Assembly: GCA_963693365.1 (NCBI GenBank)
Contig: CAVNZM010000013.1
Coordinates: 6,646,213 to 6,710,212, forward strand
Origin: Amoebidium appalachense
Taxonomy: Eukaryota > Protista > Ichthyosporea
DNA: 64,000 nt
Reading direction: 5' to 3'
Shown piece by piece: positions 52,896 to 62,947 of the stretch; the first letter of the stretch is position 1, and each line of letters opens with the position of its first letter. The translations under genes were made by a program, and so were the position numbers. Below the pieces are notes generated by a model. The model searched no databases. It saw only the letters and a program-made list of their open reading frames with translations, and had not been told where the DNA came from.

Positions 52896-55800
52896 ATGGC
52901 TGCTACCGACGAACAGTTTCTGGCGCTCATCAACGATGCGTTCCAAAGCAGCATACAAGCCGACCCACCAACATTCATATTCTCGGAACATGCCGATCCT
53001 ACAATCATTTTCACGGGTAAAGGGCTACTCACACGACAGGGTATTAATCGTTATCAAAGAAAGAAGACGGCACCAATATTATATATGGTGAAACCCAACG
53101 ATTCAGACTACGTTTCGGTTTTCTTGTTTGAACTCAACGACGGGCGTCTCTATCACAGGAAGAAATGTCAGTTGCAAAAACTCGCAAACAACAAGGGTAT
53201 CAATGCGACTATAGCTTGGATTCTGAAATGGGGTGGCCCTAAATGGAGAGTTTATGATCTTGGCAGCTATCATGGAAACTCGGATGGTTTGGCGGCGATG
53301 TTCAGTCGACTTTCCATTTCCCCTGGCAGCGAAGACTTGAGTCACATACCTGACGTATCGGGTTCTTTGCCGGGGGAGGTCCAAATTTTTAGGATATTCC
53401 AAAAATTCGGATGGAAGGTGTGGTGGGATGGGGCTGCACACAGCCCTCCAGACAGACCTGCTGTCAAACTGCCGGACCCGACGAGTCACCCGAAAAAGCG
53501 GGCAAGAGTGGAGGTCCATGAGAGTGATGATGAAGGAGAGGAAGAGGAAGAAGGGGAAGAGGGTGGGGGTGAAGGAGAGGAAGAGGAAGAAGGGGAAGAG
53601 GGTGGGGGTGAAGGAGAGGAAGAGGAAGAAGGGGAAGAGGGTGGGGGTGAACTTGAAGGAGAGGAAGAGGAAGAAGGGGAAGAGGGTGGGGGTGAAGGAG
53701 AGGAAGAGGAAGAAGGGGAAGAGGGTGGGGGTGAAGGAGAGGAAGAGGAAGAAGGGGAAGAGGGTGGGGGTGAAGGAGAGGAAGAGGAAGAAGGGGAAGA
53801 GGGTGGGAGTGAAGGAGAGGGAGAGGAAGAAGGGGAAGAGGGTGGGAGTGAAGGAGAGGAAGAGGAAGAAGGGGAAGAGGGTGGGAGTGAAGGAGAGGAA
53901 GAGGAAGAAGGGGAAGAGGGTGGGAGTGAAGGAGAGGGAGAGGAAGAAGGGGAAGAGTCGTGGGAATTCCAGTCGGGTAACATGCCCCCTGCCCACCCCC
54001 CCCCCCCCCCCAACACACACACAACCACCCAACCACCCAACCACCACCACCACATTAAAGCCATCACACACCTGCACGCATGCATGCACCTCGGCTTATC
54101 CTCCTCCCCCCCCACACACACACCACGGGAAGGCACCTGCACGCATGCATGCACCTCGGCTTATCCTCCTCCCCCCCCACACACACACCACGGGAAGGCA
54201 CCTGCACGCATGCATGCACCTCGGCTTATCCTCCCTCCCCCCCCCCCCACACACACACCACGGGAAGGCACCTGCACGCATGCATGCACCTCGGCTTATC
54301 CTCCTCCCCCCCCACACACACACCACGGGAAGGCACCTGCACGCATGCATGCACCTCGGCTTATCCTCCTCCCCCCCCACACACACACCACGGGAAGGCA
54401 CCTGCACGCATGCATGCACCTCGGCTTATCCTCCTCCCCCCCCCACACACACACCACGGGAAGGCACCTGCACGCATGCATGCACCTCGGCTTATCCTCC
54501 TCCCCCCCACACACACACCACGGGAAGGCACCTGCACGCATGCATGCACCTCGGCTTATCCTCCTCCCCCCCCACACACACACCACGGGAAGGCACCTGC
54601 ACGCATGCATGCACCTCGGCTTATCCTCCTCCCCCCCACACACACACCACGGGAAGGCACCTGCACGCATGCATGCACCTCGGCTTATCCTCCTCCCCCC
54701 CCACACACACACCACGGGAAGGCACCTGCACGCATGCATGCACCTCGGCTTATCCTCCTCCCCCCCCCCACACACACACCACGGGAAGGCACCTGCACGC
54801 ATGCATGCACCTCGGCTTATCCTCCTCCCCCCCCCACACACACACCACGGGAAGGCACCTGCACGCATGCATGCACCTCGGCTTATCCTCCTCCCCCCCC
54901 CACACACACACCACGGGAAGGCACCTGCACGCATGCATGCACCTCGGCTTATCCTCCTCCCCCCCCCCCCACACACACCACGGGAAGGCACCTGCACGCA
55001 TGCATGCACCTCGGCTTATCCTCCTCCCCCCCCCCACACACACACCCAACCACACACACGCACACACACACACACACACACACGCACACACAGAGCAAGA
55101 AGCAGAGGAGGTGGACAGAGGGCAACAACAAGACACCGAGACTGGGGAGGTGGCGGGGTTCAAGGACGTACCAGAAAAGCATCTCCGCCAAATGCATCTA
55201 GAACAGCTCTCCTTGGAGGAGATAGTTTTGTTAATGGAAAAACGACACGAGGTTCGGGCAGCTGGTGCCGTCAAGTTCGTGCTTCCCGAGCCGGCAGTGG
55301 AGGGGCTGGAAAAGGCTTCTCGGGCCACACGAGTGAGAAAATCCTACACCATGATTGTGTTGGAGGCTACCGCCATCAAGGATGTCTTCCTCGTTTATAG
55401 GAATGACATCACAGAGCAAATTCCAGAGGTGCGTATTTGCAACCATTAGGGTATGGTTACCATGAACAGGGGCTAACACGATTGGGCAGGGGGTTCCATT
55501 TGAGGAGGAGGAGTTTTGGAGGGTGTTGGACTCCCTATTGGATGGACAAAGTGCCGTGTTCCTTTACGGAACAGATCTGAGTCCTCTTGAAAACACCCAT
55601 ACACCCAGTGAGGTACGTGTGTGTGTGGTAGAGAGTGTATGTTGTGCATGCGTGTGTGCGTGTGTTTGTGCGGAGAGTGTATGTTGTGCATGTGTGCGTG
55701 CATGTGTGTGTGTGTGTGTTTGTGCGGAGAGTGTATGTTGTGCATGCGTGCGTGCGTGTGCGTGTGTGTGTTTGTGCGGAGAGTGTATGTTGTGCATGTG

Positions 55801-57746
55801 TGCGTGCATGTGCGTGTGTGTGTTTGTGCGGAGAGTGTATGTTGTGCATGCGTGCGTGCGTGTGCGTGTGTGTGTTTGTGTGGAGAGTGTATGTTGTGCA
55901 TGTGTGCGTGCATGTGCGTGTGTGTGTTTGTGCGGAGAGTGTATGTTGTGCATGTGTGCGTGCATGTGTGTGTGTGTGTGTTTGTGCGGAGAGTGTATGT
56001 TGTGCATGCGTGCGTGCGTGTGCGTGTGTGTGTTTGTGCGGAGAGTGTATGTTGTGCATGTGTGCGTGCATGTGCGTGTGTGTGTTTGTGCGGAGAGTGT
56101 ATGTTGTGCATGTGTGCGTGCATGTGCGTGTGTGTGTTTGTGCGGAGAGTGTATGTTGTGCATGAGTGCGTGCGTGTGCGTGTGTGTGTTTGTGTGGAGA
56201 GTGTATGTTGTGCATGCGTGCGTGCGTGTGCGTGTGTGTGTGTTTGTGCGGAGAGTGTATGTTGTGCATGTGTGCGTGCATGTGCGTGTGTATGTTTGTG
56301 CGGAGAGTGTATGTTGTGCATGAGTGCGTGCGTGTGCGTGTGTGTGTTTGTGTGGAGAGTGTATGTTGTGCATGTGTGCGTGCATGTGTGTGTGTGTGTT
56401 TGTGCGGAGAGTGTATGTTGTGCATGCGTGCGTGCGTGTGCGTGTGTGTGTGTTTGTGCGGAGAGTGTATGTTGTGCATGTGTGCGTGCATGTGCGTGTG
56501 TGTGTTTGTGCGGAGAGTGTATGTTGTGCATGAGTGCGTGCGTGTGCGTGTGTGTGTTTGTGTGGAGAGTGTATGTTGTGCATATGTGCGTGCATGTGTG
56601 TGTGTGTGTTTGTGCGGAGAGTGTATGTTGTGCATGCGTGCGTGCGTGTGCGTGTGTCTGCAGCGGAGAGTGTGTGTTGTGTTGATGCACTGTGGTGGGT
56701 ATATGTAGACATGCTGTGTGTGTTGTTGAATGGTGAGCATGAAGGCACTAACAGGAGAGACAGGTGGTGAGGAAAGAAATCGGCTACATGTTCAGCTTGG
56801 AGGTGCTTGACTCAATAGTATCAAAAGAATTCAAGAATCGTGTGGGTATCTCAACACCGATGCTCTATACGTATGCCCCCCCCCCCCCAAATAAATAAAT
56901 AATTTAAACAAAGGGAAAAATGCAGGTTTGCAGAATGCCTCTTTTGTTCACAGAACCATCCTGGGTGTGTGTATGGGTCGGTCTTTTCGGAATGTACTGG
57001 GCCATCATCTAGTCGGAAGTAATTATTGTTTTAGCCCCAACTAATCCCCTGCCTCTTTGCAGTGTCACGATGGGGGCTCCGTTTATGCCCCACACAGAAG
57101 ACGTTCTGCTCGGAAGTGTCAACATCATGACCCGTGGGCCTGGAAAGAAAATGTGGTTCGTGGTCAGTGCAGAGTACGGGGAACAGGTCACGTCCATCCT
57201 CGAGGATATCTACCAGAGGCTTGACCTTTCGGGGGCCGGTATCTGCAAGAAAGTCACACAGCATAAGGTAATCCCCCCCCCCTCCCCCCCCCACAAAAAA
57301 AAAAAAAAAAAAAAAAAAAAAAACGACCACACACACACACAACAGAGGACAAACAAGAAGAGAGAGAGAGGGAGTGGTAGACACTGACGTGAAGAACAAA
57401 AAACAAAAAAGCACTTACAAAAACGACCACCCGGTTTTTCATATGACTAACATTTGGGTGGGGCAGTCTGTGTTCATCCACCCCCGTTATTTGATGAAGA
57501 GGGGCATCCCCGTGCAGCGCACGGTTCAGCAGGCCGGCGAGGTCATCTACACCTTGCCTGGGGCATACCACTTTGGGTATGCTACTGGTAGCAGCTTGGC
57601 TGAGGCAGTAAATTTTGCCACGGTCAACTGGCTTGCGGTCGCTGGCAACAAGCCCCCCCTGGCATGCACGTGTGGCTACACTGACAGGAAACACGTTTTC
57701 GAGGTAACCCCCCCCCCCCCCCAAAAAAAAAAAAAAAAAAAACACG

Positions 57747-57777
<31 letters not shown>

Positions 57778-58099
57778 CATGCCCTAGCATTCACAATTAC
57801 ATGTAGGGGTTCGTAAAAACGGTTTTTTGGGTCCTTGCAGAGTTTTTCTTGACCTGGTCCACACGTAGGAGTTCGTTTCCTGTGGGTGTGTGCCATGGTG
57901 GTGTATTGGTGGGTGCGTGGGTGTGTTTGAGGTAATGACATACAGTGATGTCTGAGCCTTGCATAAACAAATCACCTGGCTGGACTACTACTTACACCCA
58001 ACTATCAACCCACAGGTGCCCCCCGCACAGTGGAAAAAGCTGAGAAAGAAGTACAAAGCTGACATCAAGCAGTTCCGGGAGCTTTTGAAGCCAAATTGA
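52896..58099 (+). CDS. KDM4-like JmjN/JmjC histone demethylase, 7 exons, ~723 aa, with an unknown N-terminal domain and an acidic repeat tract
   Basis: Exons 52896-53976, 55094-55428, 55490-55612, 56764-56870, 57063-57267, 57467-57703 and 58016-58099 join in phase. JmjN-like EVRAAGAVKFVLP; EEEEFWRVL...LYGTD; GISTPMLY; FMPHTED (Fe ligands H, E); SVNIM; GKKMW; C.....HK and CTC (KDM4 Zn site); QQAGEVIYTLPGAYHFGY (third Fe ligand); AEAVNFAT. Last exon is less certain (alternative acceptor at 57840). Confidence 0.88.
53530..53957 (+). repeat. Coding 39-bp repeat (EGEEEEEGEEGG[G/S], ~11 copies) in JmjC gene exon 1
   Basis: Unit GAAGGAGAGGAAGAGGAAGAAGGGGAAGAGGGTGGG(G/A)GT, in frame. Confidence 0.92.
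54069..55045 (+). repeat. ~65-bp minisatellite, ~15 copies (JmjC intron 1)
   Basis: Unit CACCTGCACGCATGCATGCACCTCGGCTTATCCTCCT(C)n(AC)nCACGGGAAGG. Confidence 0.92.
55631..56680 (+). repeat. ~52-56 bp GT-rich minisatellite, ~19 copies (JmjC intron 3)
   Basis: Recurring core TTTGTGCGGAGAGTGTATGTTGTGCATG. Confidence 0.92.
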
Positions 58100-58113
58100 A
58101 TGTGGGTAGGCCA

Positions 58114-58853
58114 CACATGGTTTGTGGTGGGTGTGGTGGGGATAGTGTAGTTGTGGTGGTGGTGGTGGGTAGGCCCCACATTCACATCTTACACATGGTT
58201 TGTGGTGGGTGTGGTGGGGGATAGTGTAGTTGTGGTGGTGGTGGTGGGTAGGCCCCACATTCACATCTTACACATGGTTTGTGGTGGGTGTGGTGGGGGA
58301 TAGTGTAGTTGTGGTGGTGGTGGTGGGTAGGCCCCACATTCACATCTTACACATGGTTTGTGGTGGGTGTGGTGGGGGATAGTGTAGTTGTGGTGGTGGT
58401 GGTGGGTAGGCCCCACATTCACATCTTACACATGGTTTGTGGTGGGTGTGGTGGGGGATAGTGTAGTTGTGGTGGTGGTGGTGGGTAGGCCCCACATTCA
58501 CATCTTACACATGGTTTGTGGTGGGTGTGGTGGGGGATAGTGTAGTTGTGGTGGTGGTGGTGGGTAGGCCCCACATTCACATCTTACACATGGTTTGTGG
58601 TGGGTGTGGTGGGGGATAGTGTAGTTGTGGTGGTGGTGGTGGGTAGGCCCCACATTCACATCTTACACATGGTTTGTGGTGGGTGTGGTGGGGGATAGTG
58701 TAGTTGTGGTGGTGGTGGTGGGTAGGCCCCACATTCACATCTTGCACATGGTTTGTGGTGGGTGTGGTGGGGGATAGTGTAGTTGTGGTGGTGGTGGTGG
58801 GTAGGCCCCACATTCACATCTTACATAGGGGTTTGTGGTGGGTGTGGTGGGGG
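58114..58853 (+). repeat. 79-bp tandem repeat, ~9.4 near-identical copies just after the JmjC stop
   Basis: Unit ACACATGGTTTGTGGTGGGTGTGGTGGGGGATAGTGTAGTTGTGGTGGTGGTGGTGGGTAGGCCCCACATTCACATCTT. Confidence 0.93.
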
Positions 58854-59289
58854 AAAGACGTGGTACAAAGTTTTCATACCAAGTTTTCTGTAATGTTTAT
58901 TCGAATGTGATCTGCTAATGTTTATTCGAATGTGATCGGCTTCAATCTTATCCAGTTTTTCATGTATATTGTATTTGCCCGTGTACCAAGTTTCCGTAAT
59001 GGTTATTGAATGTATTTGCCCGTGGTAGCGGGAGAGACTCCATTAAATATACCCAAGTCTCCTTTTCAATCTGTGTACAAGCACACTGGCACGTACATTG
59101 TCACACACACACACACACACACAATTATACACATGTACCAAGTTTTCATTGAACGGTGTAGGGGAGGGGGGGGGGACTCGGAGATAGACTCCAGCTCATC
59201 AAAATTAAACATCCCAACAGATTCTCTCGTCATTTACATTTTCCATGTTTGTGGTGTGAGTCCATTCATCCTTTGGCTTGTGTAGGTCT

Positions 59290-59550
59290 CTAGGCATCCT
59301 CAGGCTCCATCATCTTCTGCAGTACAATTGCTGTCTGTCGTTGATTCTTGGGCACCCACTTCTTGAATCCACACTTCTCCGCCAACTCATCGGGCAGATC
59401 TATATAGCCCTTTTCCACAAGCTCTTGTGCGTATGCTCGTTGCTCCATCTGCGTCCGCCGGGTGGTGGCCTCGGTCGGCACAATAGTTGCCTGCACCACG
59501 GGTGCCTTGCCGGGCTCCTCCTTCAGCTTGTACTCCCATCGGTACGCCAT
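59290..59550 (-). CDS. Small intronless hypothetical protein (86 aa)
   Basis: ATG-to-stop, protein-like composition (MAYRWEYKLKEEPGK...), 36 bp downstream of the CxxC gene on the same strand. Confidence 0.6.
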   Translation of the reverse strand: MAYRWEYKLKEEPGKAPVVQATIVPTEATTRRTQMEQRAYAQELVEKGYIDLPDELAEKCGFKKWVPKNQRQTAIVLQKMMEPEDA

Positions 59551-59586
59551 ACTCTATGCCACAAAAATCTCTGCTCCCCCAACCCT

Positions 59587-59980
59587 TCAAGTGCGCTCCT
59601 TGATCACCACCGCAGGCGCATGCGCACACGTGGGGCACGCCGGGCACTTCTGCTCGGGCGGGCAGCGCGTGCATGCGGGGCACTGTGCGCACCGGGTGGG
59701 GCTGGCACCGCACACGTGGCAGCGGGGGCAGTGCGCACACTTGCGGCGGGGAACGCAGCTGCCGCAGCTGGCACACATTGGGCACGCGCGCTGGCACTTG
59801 AGCACCGCCAGGCGCCGCCGCACACGTGGGCTGAACGTGTCCCAGAGCACGTAGAGGATCAGGCCGGCCAGGATGGCCAGTAGGATGGGGGAGGGCCGGG
59901 GGGGTGCTGCGCGGGCTTGTGCGGATCGGGGGAGTGGGTGCGAATGGGCTGGGTGGGGGAAGGGGTGCGCCAGCGTCCAT
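59587..59980 (-). pseudogene. Single-TM protein with CxxC repeats; probable 1-nt frameshift at G5 run 59887-59891
   Basis: ATG at 59980 gives MDAGAPLPPPSPF...TPPALP; removing one C (coding strand) continues ILLAILAGLILYVLW (TM), then CPMCASCGSC...CAHCPRCHVC...CAQCPACTRC...CPACPTC. Confidence 0.6.
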
Positions 59981-60093
59981 GTTACCCGGTGCACGATATA
60001 ATGTGGGGTTGGGGTTGTGCGGGTAGGCAGGAGGAGGGTTTGGGTGGTGGGGGGGTGGGGGGGGGGGGGGGGGGGGCGCTCATGAGCAAGGGT

Positions 60094-60231
60094 ATGGTGA
60101 TAGCGCTCATGACCCTACTCTGCAACAACACTGGGGCAAGCGCATGGTGATAGCGCTCATGACCCTACTCTGCAACAACACTGGGGCAAGCGCATGGTGA
60201 TAGCGCTCATGACCCTACTCTGCAACAACAC
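60094..60231 (+). repeat. 50-bp tandem repeat (~2.8 copies) in the divergent intergenic region
   Basis: Unit ATGGTGATAGCGCTCATGACCCTACTCTGCAACAACACTGGGGCAAGCGC at 60094, 60144 and 60194. Confidence 0.9.
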
Positions 60232-60384
60232 AGTGTTGGCAAGTTTAGGAAAGGATGGTAGGTTCAACTGTATCTGATGTTATATCCAAATCGTTTCAAA
60301 TACACCGACCTCAGCTGCACGAAAACACAACAGGATTTGGCATGCAGGGTATAGGCAGAATTATTTAATATTTCGCTGTCAGCA

Positions 60385-62148
60385 ATGGGACTTGCACCCT
60401 CAATGCCAGTGCGTGTTCGGATCGTTCCATCGAGGACACCGCTGTTGTTAGGCCCTGTAGGGGAAGATGTTGCAGTGTTTTCTCTTGCAAACACCAACGG
60501 CCTTGCCACGGTTTCAACCCCCGAAAATGTCACTCTAGTGGAAACGTTGCACCCTTTTGTTGTGTTTGAGGTAGACACCTCGTTGAGTCTATTGCAACTG
60601 CAGGAAGAGTTGAAAGCGGGTTTCCGTGCATGCACCGCGGTGTACCTCCGAAGCTATGACAAGCTGGCCGTGTACAACCCTGAAGGGCGCTGTTGCCTTG
60701 CAACTAGGACGGTGATGCAGGCCACAGCAGCAGAGATTGCGGCAAAAATGTCCGAACTGGACCAAAAAACGAGCGAGAGCTTTGCCGATATGTTTTTTGC
60801 AACCTCCACGGTTGCGGATGTCCAATACGCGATAGCGAATAACAGTGATTTTCAGGATAGTAGGTTCTGGAACTGGTGGGGTTTACTACCTGAGGATGCT
60901 ATTAGAAGGATCGTAGAGACACACCCCAGTGAGGGGTACATGGGGGACGGCAAACTGCGGCATTACCCGCCGTGCACTGCGTGGTTGCGAGGGTCTGCAG
61001 GAGTTGTCAAGTTAGACAGCTCTGCGTATACGTTAGAGTCGTTTAACACGTGTTTGCTGCTGCGATTGATGGACCATTATGCCCACCAGAGGGACCACGA
61101 CGACGACGGCTACGACGATGTCCATGCGAATATAATACTAGATATGGCCACCCAAAAGGCCAATATTTTGGCACAAGCTGCCTCAAACCCGCCAGTTACA
61201 ACTGCACCCCTTACCCAAGCCCACCTGTACGACTACATAAACATCATTAGACACAAGCTGGAATGGGACAAAAAGCTTTCGAATTTGATTGACAGGGTCC
61301 AGGCGGATTACAGCGAGGGTGGGCCTGCCGAGCGCAAAAACATATTTGGGCGGTGCACGGGATATTTTGCTTACGACATTCAGGAAGGGCAGGAAGAAGG
61401 CGAGTTTGTTCCCCTGGGCCAGATCGATACCGACATCGAAACCGTCGAACTTTCCACAAACACGCGGCGTCTGCAAGTGGGTGTGTCGTGGCAGATGCTT
61501 GTGGACGTCATGAACAAAAGACACGTCATGGTGCTTCCCTTCGATTGGGGAGACTTCATTGACACAATCAGGAAAGATGTTGAGCGCGAAGAGTTCGCAA
61601 CAGCCAAAGAGGAGGGGCAAGGTAGAGATTTGCCATTCGTTGTTGATGGGTTGTATGCTTACGACACCGAAACCCGGCAAGCGGCCGTCATCTACCCCCC
61701 GAGTGGATTTGACCAAATCATGCTCAACGATGCCGACGCCGTCTGCCCCTGGCAGGCAGACATCGAGAATTATTGGGTACAAACCCCCTCCGATCATTTG
61801 GAACAACAGCGCAGCAGCTATATCGGTATTAATAAGACCACGGGCCAGCCTGACACGTCTCCCAGCGCGGATGCCCTGTGGAGTGCTGTTCCTATCGCCG
61901 AGGTTTTGGATGGTGCGTATTGGTACCCGCAACTGCCGTGTCAGACAGCCCTCGAGGATGCCATCAGGAATAACCATGTGCAAGTACGGGGTGATCCATA
62001 CGACCACTGGCTGTATTATGAAGCAGCAACCAACACATGGGATGAACTTTGGCCTGACTGGGATCGGTATCACCATGTTACCAGCAGGGTAGACGACTTC
62101 GTTTCCCTTCACAATCAATGGCCTGACTGCTACAATGATAATTGCTAA
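60385..62148 (+). CDS. Intronless 587-aa hypothetical protein (acidic, Trp/Tyr-rich C-terminus)
   Basis: Long uninterrupted high-complexity ORF with no microsatellites or introns, unlike host genes; no motif recognised. Confidence 0.85.
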   Translation: MGLAPSMPVRVRIVPSRTPLLLGPVGEDVAVFSLANTNGLATVSTPENVTLVETLHPFVVFEVDTSLSLLQLQEELKAGFRACTAVYLRSYDKLAVYNPEGRCCLATRTVMQATAAEIAAKMSELDQKTSESFADMFFATSTVADVQYAIANNSDFQDSRFWNWWGLLPEDAIRRIVETHPSEGYMGDGKLRHYPPCTAWLRGSAGVVKLDSSAYTLESFNTCLLLRLMDHYAHQRDHDDDGYDDVHANIILDMATQKANILAQAASNPPVTTAPLTQAHLYDYINIIRHKLEWDKKLSNLIDRVQADYSEGGPAERKNIFGRCTGYFAYDIQEGQEEGEFVPLGQIDTDIETVELSTNTRRLQVGVSWQMLVDVMNKRHVMVLPFDWGDFIDTIRKDVEREEFATAKEEGQGRDLPFVVDGLYAYDTETRQAAVIYPPSGFDQIMLNDADAVCPWQADIENYWVQTPSDHLEQQRSSYIGINKTTGQPDTSPSADALWSAVPIAEVLDGAYWYPQLPCQTALEDAIRNNHVQVRGDPYDHWLYYEAATNTWDELWPDWDRYHHVTSRVDDFVSLHNQWPDCYNDNC

Positions 62149-62329
62149 GACGTTTTTTCTTGGTCATACATATAGCAGGTTTGATAGCTGTTGGTTCTTC
62201 AGTCTGAGAGCCTTGGTTGTAAAATGCAACAATAATAAACCACAGCAAGTGTCGCACGAGGCACAGGTGTCCCTGGTATCCAAGACTGCCAATGTTGAGC
62301 GATTTCAAATATTTTCTATACCATATAGT

Positions 62330-62947
62330 ATGCCCCACGATGGCACCCAGTACATATCTGGACTCCAATCCAGAAAGAAGTTTGGGGTTTCAGGATCCTC
62401 ACTTCGGAGATGGGCAAACCAGGGGCGCATTCGAATCCTTAGAACACCAGGCAATGTTCGCCTGTACAACACCTCAGACATTGACACCTTGCTCGGGTGT
62501 GAAACAGCAACACGACCAGACAGAGTCGATGTTGCATACGCACGTGTCTCATCCCACAAACAGCGCACAGACCTCGACCGACAAGTTCAGTATTTGCGTG
62601 AACGGTGTCCCAATCACGAAATTGTCACTGATGTCGGGAGTGGCGTCAACTTTAAGCGCAGAGGGCTGCTGTCCATTTTGGAACGGGCAACTTGAAGCAA
62701 AGGAACTGTCAGAGAGGTTGTGGTTGCCCACAAAGACAGGCTGTGCAGACTCGCCGGTGACTTGCTGTGGTGGATTCTGGAAACATATGGGGTCCAAATC
62801 GTGGTTCTCAATCATGCAGACGAGTCCAATACAGACGAACTCGCAGAAGATCTTATTGCCGTCACCACTCACTTTGTCTGTAAGCATCATGGACGTCGCA
62901 AGTACGGAAACAAGTGCAACGGAAGAGAGGGAAGCGGAAAGGTGTAA
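62330..62947 (+). pseudogene. tnpA: IS607-family serine recombinase (TnpA, MerR-like HTH plus resolvase domain) with an in-frame stop; C-terminus cut by an LTR
   Basis: HTH KKFGVSGSSLRRWANQGRIRILRTPGNVRLY; catalytic YARVSS; DLDRQ; DVGSGVNFKRRGL; TGA at 62693-62695; the same frame continues KGTVREVVVAHKDRLCR...ELAEDLIAV..F..KHHGRRKY. The final TAA is supplied by the LTR start. Confidence 0.9.

Larger units (their letters stand above)
46334..62942. mobile_element. Putative endogenised giant-virus-derived island (boundaries approximate; right side interrupted by an LTR element)
   Basis: Switch to compact, mostly intronless orphan genes; C-x9-C-x5-8-C-x2-H motif protein, CxxC-repeat membrane protein, KDM4-like demethylase and IS607-type recombinase. 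No NCLDV core gene seen. Confidence 0.55.

Noticed and set aside
52146-55400. 1084-aa ORF from the ORF track
   Set aside because: Both ends are translated minisatellites; only 52896-53976 is coding in that frame.
62918-62942. Purine-rich run before the LTR as a polypurine tract (making it a 3' LTR)
   Set aside because: It is in frame with the recombinase tail, no pol lies upstream, and the LTR is followed by a PBS.
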